Positions 56,313 through 64,000 of a stretch of DNA of 64,000 nt are shown here, in pieces. The number at the start of each line of letters is the position of its first letter. Positions within the stretch are counted from its first letter, which is position 1. Under the pieces are notes generated by a model. It had not been told where the DNA came from, did no database searches, and worked only from the letters and a program-made list of their open reading frames with translations. This DNA comes from Negaprion brevirostris (lineage: Eukaryota), in contig JARDVH010000025.1 in the NCBI GenBank assembly GCA_030324005.1, forward strand, positions 74,705,949 to 74,769,948. Direction: 5' to 3'. The position numbers were made by a program, and so were the translations under genes.

Positions 56313-57641
56313 GTCAGTGCAAACAATCTTCAAAATAATTTTTTATCCACCATATAGAATGAAACATTGAGGGAGAGCTTGCAAAATAGCTAATCTATTA
56401 CCACTCAGGTGGCTATTCTGAGATGATAAAAATTGAAAGCATTTATGATCTTTTTCTCCAGTTTTAAATGTCACATCCCACACACTCTTATGCAACAGAA
56501 AAATAGGGCATGTGGCCTGCTCTTCTTGCCAGTATGATCTGCATCTAGTTGCTAGGAGATAAGCGCTGTGTATCAATTTCCCCCTCTTTGCAGAAATACC
56601 ATGGGGACGATTCTTCCAAAAAAATTCTAAGCGTCAAATTTGTAAAAACTGGAGTAAATCACACTTTTTTTCAGTGGGTGTTTAAAAAAGAATCTCGCAC
56701 ATTCTGTGCACTGCAGAGTGTCTCAGTGTAAATTCTGTTCAAAAGCTGGGGGTGGGACCTGTTCCCACTGGAGAGATCAGCAGCATCATGTGTAATATGC
56801 CACTGTGCTTGCGCCAGTCTTTCAGTGTAAAGATCAATGCATGTGCAGTGGTCCCTGTCTGCTGGCCTCCCGATTGCTGGTCAGCCCCATGATCGCACCC
56901 CCCCCACCCCAAACATCCCCNNNNNNNNNNCTCAGATACAATTGCCCGTCTCTCCTAAACACCTCCCAGTGATCCACAAAAGTAAAGCCCATTCTCTGTC
57001 ACTCAGCCCAATTGTAGAAAAACAGCAGGACCCCCCACCCCTAACAATCAACCCCGGGAAGTCCCACTCCCAATAGGCCCTACTTCCTTAGTGCTGCCCA
57101 GTGGGCAGTGCCAAGATGCCACCGGGACTTTGACACTTTGCCCCTTTTCACTCCAGCGAGGTNNNNNNNNNNNNNNNNNNNNNNNNNNNNNNNNNNNNNN
57201 NNNNNNNNNNNNNNNNNNNNNNNNNNNNNNNNNNNNNNNNNNNNNNNNNNNNNNNNNNNNNNNNNNNNNNNNNNNNNNNNNNNNNNNNNNNNNNNNNNNN
57301 NNNNNNNNNNNNNNNNNNNNNNNNNNNNNNNNNNNNNNNNNNNNNNNNNNNNNNNNNNNNNNNNNNNNNNNNNNNNNNNNNNNNNNNNNNNNNNNNNNAT
57401 TGTCAGCTGCTACAGTCTCCCGGTCCGCTATGTTAAAATATCGCAGAGGGATGGGAGAATCACCCCCCCATGTACCTATTCATTGGCTGCCTAATAAAGT
57501 ACCTGAGCTTTTCCTTCCTTCTCTGTTGGGAATTCCAGGGAAATAATCATTCTTATGAATAATAAAAAAAAGGTCAATCTTATGTTGCTGCTTTTACTGC
57601 CTCAGCACCATCTATTGCAAAATGCTAAACAGGGTCCACAA

Positions 57642-57780
57642 GGGGATAATTTTAATCTAATCTCCCCAATTTTATACTCCATCCAATTTTACTTTACACT
57701 GCTGCTGCTATGAAGTGTGACGTGGTACACAGTCTGATCCTGATAGCTTCCCATCAGGTAGGTCAGGTTAAAATTACCCC
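57642..57780. mobile_element. Small MITE
   Basis: TIRs ggggataattttaatcta ... caggttaaaattacccc. Confidence 0.5.
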
Positions 57781-58395
57781 CACCTGTCTCTCTGCTTGGC
57801 CACAGAGTTCCATGATCCCAAGAGAATCTCAATGAGAGAAAAATGTGAAGAAGCCACATACTTCCTTTGCTAAATAGCATATTAATATATGAAAGAAAAA
57901 TATTTTTCTGCTTCTATTTTTCAACCTAAAAGCACATGTCATAACTGTTCCAATATTTCCCAATCCAAGATATGCCATTTTGCAACGCTGGCTGGAATTC
58001 TCAAACATCACCTTAATGCAGTTAATAATCTTAAGACATTTGTATTAAAGAGAACATATGGGGGTTTAATTTTCATTTTCAGCGTTCCTGTTGCAGAGCT
58101 TCACATGTCCATTCGCCATCCCCAAAGATTTTCTGTCAATGATTAGACTTGTATGTTCAACTGCAAAATTACCCTGTAGTCAGAAATACTTAATGGCAAG
58201 TATTTCTATAGTTACCGATATTTTTCAGCCTTCTGATTTCACATTTAGATCTCCTGTGTAGAAGCAGATGTTCTGAGTAAAACTATCCTTGTAAGGCATC
58301 ATGATTTATCCTCCACAAAGTAACATCTGTTTTCATCTTGGACATTTTTAAAGTCTTCTCTCATGCTGTTCTCACCACTTCTATGATGGTGAAGA

Positions 58396-58691
58396 GGGCG
58401 GCATGGTGGCACAATGGTTAGCACAGCTGCCTCACAGGGCCAGGTACCTAGGTTCAATTCCCTGTCTGACTGGAGTCTGCCCGTTCTCCCCATGTATGCA
58501 TGGGTTTCCTCTGGGTGCTCTGGTTTCCTTCCACAGTCTGAAAGATATGCAAGTTAGGTGCAATGGCCATGCTAAATTTTCCCTTAGTGTACCCAAACAG
58601 GAATTGGAGTGTGGTGACTAGGAGATTTTCACAGTACTTCATTGCAGTGTTAATGTAAGCCTACTTGTGACGCTAATGAATAAACTAAACT
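58396..58691 (+). mobile_element. V-SINE (HE1-like head, alternative tail)
   Basis: gggcggcatggtggcacaatggttagcac...ggttcaattccc, V core, and tail cttcattgcagtgttaatgtaagcctacttgtgacgctaatgaataaactaaac (same tail type as 32070-32350). Confidence 0.88.
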
Positions 58692-60519
58692 AAGAGCAAC
58701 TGAGAGACAGTAGTAACTGTATTAATATCCCCTTGATCATTTATAGCCATGAATTAAATAACATTCTTTTGTCTGTAGCAAATCAAACATGTTATCAGTA
58801 AGGGAAGCTAACATCTGATAAATGTGCTAAATGCTGCTGAAATAGATTGATGTTTAATTTTATATGAAATTAGAGATTCTGATTTCAACAGTGGATTGTA
58901 ATCACTTGTCTGTGCTCCCTTCTGAAACACACTTATAGTTAATGATATAAAAATCTCATATGCTTTGCAACTGCATACTATAATAAATTCTGAAACAACT
59001 AAAAATATAAATCCTGCTACTTTAAAGACATTCAGTTGCCCACCTTACTGTTTGAATTAAACTGAACCAAATATTTCCTCGCCTTTGTACATGAGGCTTG
59101 GATCAAATACACAGAATATGCAAGCTGAGAATGTGAGCTGAGACCATAGCTAATTCATTCAGTGTCATGGTGTTGCAAAATAGAATGGAAACTTTGGTTA
59201 TAGAATATCTAATGGTCTGTAATTTCTTAAATAATGCAGAACAGAAATGTGATAATTTCACTTATAAATCATCTGTAACACAATCCATGAAAGGTTATGT
59301 TACAGATAAAAGAAAAAGACCAGATTTAGCTTTCAAAATAGCACTTCAAATGAACCGAGTGCAATTCATAAATATTGAAATGAGTAACAACGAGTTTTGA
59401 TTTGGACAGGTCACTGTGAACTGACAAAAGAGAACATGAGATAATTCAGCAAAGAAAGCCTTTTTAAAGTAATTTACAATGGCTACAAGGAAAATTTTAT
59501 CAGTAAACATTGTACAAAAGAAATCTGGCTCTCATGGGGCACCTTTTGCATTGTTTATAAGGACATGTTATCTTTTACTGTGAATCACCATTTCTAGCAC
59601 CTGGGTGTTTCTCCTGTGTAGAGTCCAGTCCTTACTGTGCTTTACAACCTTTGGAATCATGTTGAATAACTTCAGTCATTCCAAGCCAAAAAACTACTTA
59701 AAACTATTGGAAGAAATGCATCTGATCCTTTGAAACTTGTTGCAGCTCTTCACACTGCCTAGGTTGCTTGTTTATACCATTCTTTGGTGTCAGTGTGCAT
59801 CATTTCTTTTTAAAAGGAAATCTTCTCAATAACCATCGACGTTTTGCTAAAATTATAATGAGTAATTTACATAGACGAACAGTGACACCAATCACAGGAA
59901 ATGAACATGCATCAAGGGCTTCTTGCCTGGTGTCACCCAATCATGCTTGCTTTACTGTTTTATTCACAAAATATAACCGAGTGGTTAATGCTTACCATTC
60001 ATTATAGTTACCCTTGGATTTCCTTGTCCTTTCACTTCGTATTACATGTCCCTGGTTGTCAAGTAAAGAACTAATTGATATGAGTCATGTGTTACTCTGG
60101 GGAAGGTGTGCTATATTCCCAGTGTCAGCATCCTTAGATTAATGTCAGTACACACTGGTGCCACATTGCAATTCTTTTTGTCACTGTGAGAATCGATGCC
60201 TAGAAAAATATTCTTTTCCATCATTCTTACTCACTGTGTATAATAATGTCCAATCAGTCGAACGGCTCTGACACAAGAATAGACCAATCCCAGCCTTTGC
60301 GATGATGGTTATTAAAAACATCATCTTTTAACATACCTTAATACAATTTTGAATCTGTTGCCTGAATTATCTTTGATTTCCATTACAGAAGAGTGTTTCA
60401 TTAGTTATGGGTCTCAGTCATTGATGCAACTCATTATCAGCAATTTGAATGTGGCATAATACATAATCCATATTCGATCAAAATGGCTGGAAACAATCGG
60501 AAGTAATATCCAGTGTTAC

Positions 60520-60581
60520 CTTCTTTAGACGATTTGTCTTCTGGCTAGAATCATCTTTAGACGCAGCTTTGTCACTAATTA
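60520..60581 (-). other. Candidate small minus-strand exon of unknown gene (possibly ADGRF-related)
   Basis: Strong acceptor aatttctatttgcag and donor AAG|gtaaca; 62 bp with only one open frame (xISDKAASKDDSSQKTNRLKK). No homology established. Confidence 0.3.
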
Positions 60582-62749
60582 CTGCAAATAGAAATTTGAA
60601 GAAGCATTTGGGTTGATTCCATGATTGGGTTTGTTTGATTCCATGATTGGGCATCGCTGTAAGGGCAACACTCACTACAGGACTGTATCCCTTAATTTTT
60701 CCATCTATTCATTTAAATAGACAAAATGTAAAGTTTACAGCTTGTAATTTTTCAACCAGCAATCAAAACATCTGACTAGAAGTATTTATTCTGAAATCTG
60801 ACCCAAATATGTCTTAATTAAAATTCCAAAAGCCCCTAACAGCACTAAAATAAAATGTTTTGCTCCTGGTTTATCTATAAATTTATTAAAATCACATTTG
60901 TTAATCACTTGAGAAAGACAAAGTTTGGTAAGCATATCATACTGCTTCCTCCCATTAACTAACTTGCATTTATAGCTCCCAGATTCCCACTCGAATNNNN
61001 NNNNNNNNNNNNNNNNNNNNNNNNNNNNNNNNNNNNNNNNNNNNNNNNNNNNNNNNNNNNNNNNNNNNNNNNNNNNNNNNNNNNNNNNNNNNNNNNTAAG
61101 TTCAATTTTTCATGCTGGGAAAAAGATAGATTACATTTTATGTCAAAACATGGGTTATAACCAATTGATGTAAGAAAGTAAGAGAGCAGTGGAGAAAGAC
61201 CATTTAACCAATTAACTTTTCTCCTACTAAGAATCCTGCATAATCTCGGTTTCATGAACGATCCTGTTCATTTAAACCCACTGTTATGCAAAAGTACTTC
61301 TCTACCCTCAAAGGGTATCAAGCATTATTCCAGAATATTTAATCTATCCCAACATTTTCACTTTTCAATTCCGGTCATAAATATTGTCTTCCCTGACCCA
61401 TGTACACCAGAAAATGAGAACCATTCTGCCCTATTGATATCAGGATCATGAGTTAATCCAACAAACTTTTAGAAGTGTTTTTTTCCTCAATTTTCTGTTT
61501 CAATCCCTTCAGTTTGGTTCCTGTGCCTCTCACAGCACCAAATAAACCCTAACCAAAATTGCAAATGATATTCCTTATGATGGATTATTCCTCTCTTTCC
61601 TTGCTGGCATGGATAAAATTGTCCTAGTTTCAGGATAACAACTGCATTTATCTTTGTTTTAAAATAATGCAGACTCTAAGTAAATCACACTGTGGTGTTA
61701 GCTATTCAACTCAGGCGGGAGTGCAAAATAGGTGGTATGTTATTGGTAGCCTGTTATACACCCAGCATGATATTCAGTTCCACTGACTTCAGTGAATCTG
61801 AATACCAAATGGGAGGCATAACAGATGGCTGATACCATTACAATTCTGCCCATTTTGCACTAATTGCAAGGCTCTTTTATATCCCTATTTCTTTAAGGTA
61901 TGTTAACACTGGAAATGTTACCTTCCTTCCTTCCCATGAGAACCACTGGACTGTGCAGGAGACTAGTAGGCCTGGACAACTTTCCCTCCAATTATCACTA
62001 GAATTACTTGCCCTTCAATTTCTTTCTTTGTACATTGGGTGACACAAAAACAGATGCAGCTGTAGCAAGGACAGATGTCTCATGAATTTGATCTTGGTGG
62101 TTAGTGTACAAAAAAAGTATGGGAAAATTGTACTGTAGGCACCAATGGCCAGATCAGAAATTTCTGACCGTCCACTGCAACCCTGGTTCAAGAAGTGATG
62201 GTTACTTTTGCATTTGAAGTTCTGCATACTAGGAATGGAGCTCTAGATGACCACTGTCTGGAGAGGCAGGAGAACCGGTGTGTTAAACTTCGCCGCTGGT
62301 ATTCTGTGCAAATTTTTGAATTGATACAGAATATTGAGGGGAAAATGCAGCAGAACTTATGCACCTGGCTTAAACGCGGAGTTTTGGCTTGAGCTCTCAG
62401 AATTGGGCTGGGTAGGAGAGGATTGACAGTCTGGCCACATCCTTCTAAAGCTGTGAAAAGTGGACTCTGGTGTGGAGTAAGCTATTCACATTCTATCCCT
62501 GGTCTGCATGACTTTGGACGGAACTAAGTCCAGGAGCAGGCAATACATGTTGTCTGCAGTCTCCCAATTAGGAAAATAATGTTCTATCACTCGGAGATAT
62601 GAATTTTGTAGAACTCTGAATTTGCTGATGGTGACAAATAATGCTGAACTTTCTTGAGGAACCCCCAATCTGCCAGCTTTCCCACCCACGCTCACATTCT
62701 TCCCCCAGTATAGATTTGCAAAATGAAGGAACTGAGCTGAGTTTATAAT

Positions 62750-63480
62750 CTTGTAGAGTAGAGGTGGGTGGGATCCATTAAACTCTCTTGACTGAGTAAT
62801 TGACTTGATCTACTCAGCGTTGAAGGTAACACACCGTTTGTCCGCCCACTGTCCAATGCTGTCTATTCCCGCAGTGATTCAGTCGCTGCTTGTCTTTCAG
62901 ATGGGGAGTTAACCACTCTGTAGAGGGTTGTGTCATCAGCAAAGAAAACATCACTTTTGATGACATCCAACAAGTCACTGATGAAGACAAGAAATAGAAT
63001 GGGGCCAAGCACAATTGCCTGAGGGACCCCTGCGTAGGTGTTGAGCTAAGAAGATGAGCATCCAATAACCATGACCTGGTGTTTTCATCTTCTGAGGAAG
63101 AGTTGTATCCAGTTAAGCAGCTCACCAGATATACCACATGAGACCATCTTCTCAGTGAGGGAGGGATGCCATGCCCTCTTGAAGGTCCAACCATGTCAGA
63201 GGCTACTGCACTAATTACATACTGGACAACGAGAGAATCACTCCATGTATGGATCTTGAGGATGAGGGCATCATGAGTCCATTGCTTTCTTCTGAAGCTA
63301 AATTATCAAACAGAAAGTAGATTACTATGATTGAGATGTTGTAACAGCTTCTCATTTACCATAGTTTCCATGAATTTTAATACTTTTGCCAGTAGAGATA
63401 CTTTCTTGCTTTTACTGGGGTCTGACTTTGATCCCTTCTTGCTGATAGGCAATTGCTACCACCTATTATTGACCATGGCG
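62750..63480 (-). mobile_element. Old CR1-group LINE RT remnant
   Basis: PISKKGSKSDPS...VSLLAKVLKFMETMVN; GVPQxxVLGPILFLVFIxDL...FFADDTTL. Confidence 0.75.
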
Positions 63481-64000
63481 AGGTTGTGAACTCAGCTCAT
63501 ACAGAATCATTGACTGGAATCCATGTCTAGAAACTTTATACCATAACGCATTTGGGTACCAATTTACTGTGCCAGAAAACCATAATAATACTTTTGAACA
63601 TTGGCTCTTGTCTTCTCATATATTTATGATTCATTCAAGAGCCTGAGGATTTCCGAATATGTGAAATATAATGAGTTCACAATCTCAGGAGTGCAGTCCA
63701 AAGGACACATCAACTTTAAGATAGAAGCCCCCACTGGAATGGAACTTTTCCAATCACTTCTGATTCACTTCTGAATTGACCTATGGATTGGTGAACTGGT
63801 CACCTTGCAGCCCTCTTGACCAGGGATTGGTATGTGATATGGAGTAAAGCAAAAGGATAGGCTAAATTACTTTTTTTTAATATAGAGTATTGTGGAGTAC
63901 TTGCGAATATTTGCATTATTACAATTTTTAAAAGTTCTCTGAAGATTGAATGAAATGTGTTTGCTACAACTTTCTGGGAAATTGTTCTCTCTGATTCTGG

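Overview
Eukaryotic genomic DNA from a gapped draft assembly. The repeat complement (HE1/V-SINE-type SINEs, CR1, DeuSINE) points to a cartilaginous fish, most likely a shark. The + strand carries five coding exons of the catalytic domain of DNA methyltransferase DNMT3A, equivalent to human exons 17-21 (146/91/149/86/70 bp, all GT-AG, phases consistent). They are spread over about 43 kb of introns packed with CR1, L2, RTE and Rex LINEs, tRNA-derived SINEs, PIF/Harbinger transposons and MITEs. The standout feature lies inside the ~25 kb DNMT3A intron 20 on the opposite strand: an uninterrupted 903-bp exon of an adhesion GPCR of the ADGRF (GPR110/GPR116) subfamily. It encodes the GAIN domain, an intact GPS autoproteolysis site with Stachel agonist, and TM1-3, and is cut off by an assembly gap. 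Weaker exon-like minus-strand segments in DNMT3A introns 16 and 21 hint at a nested, partly decayed antisense ADGRF array. Repeat boundaries are approximate, and family assignments come from recognition of motifs rather than database searches.
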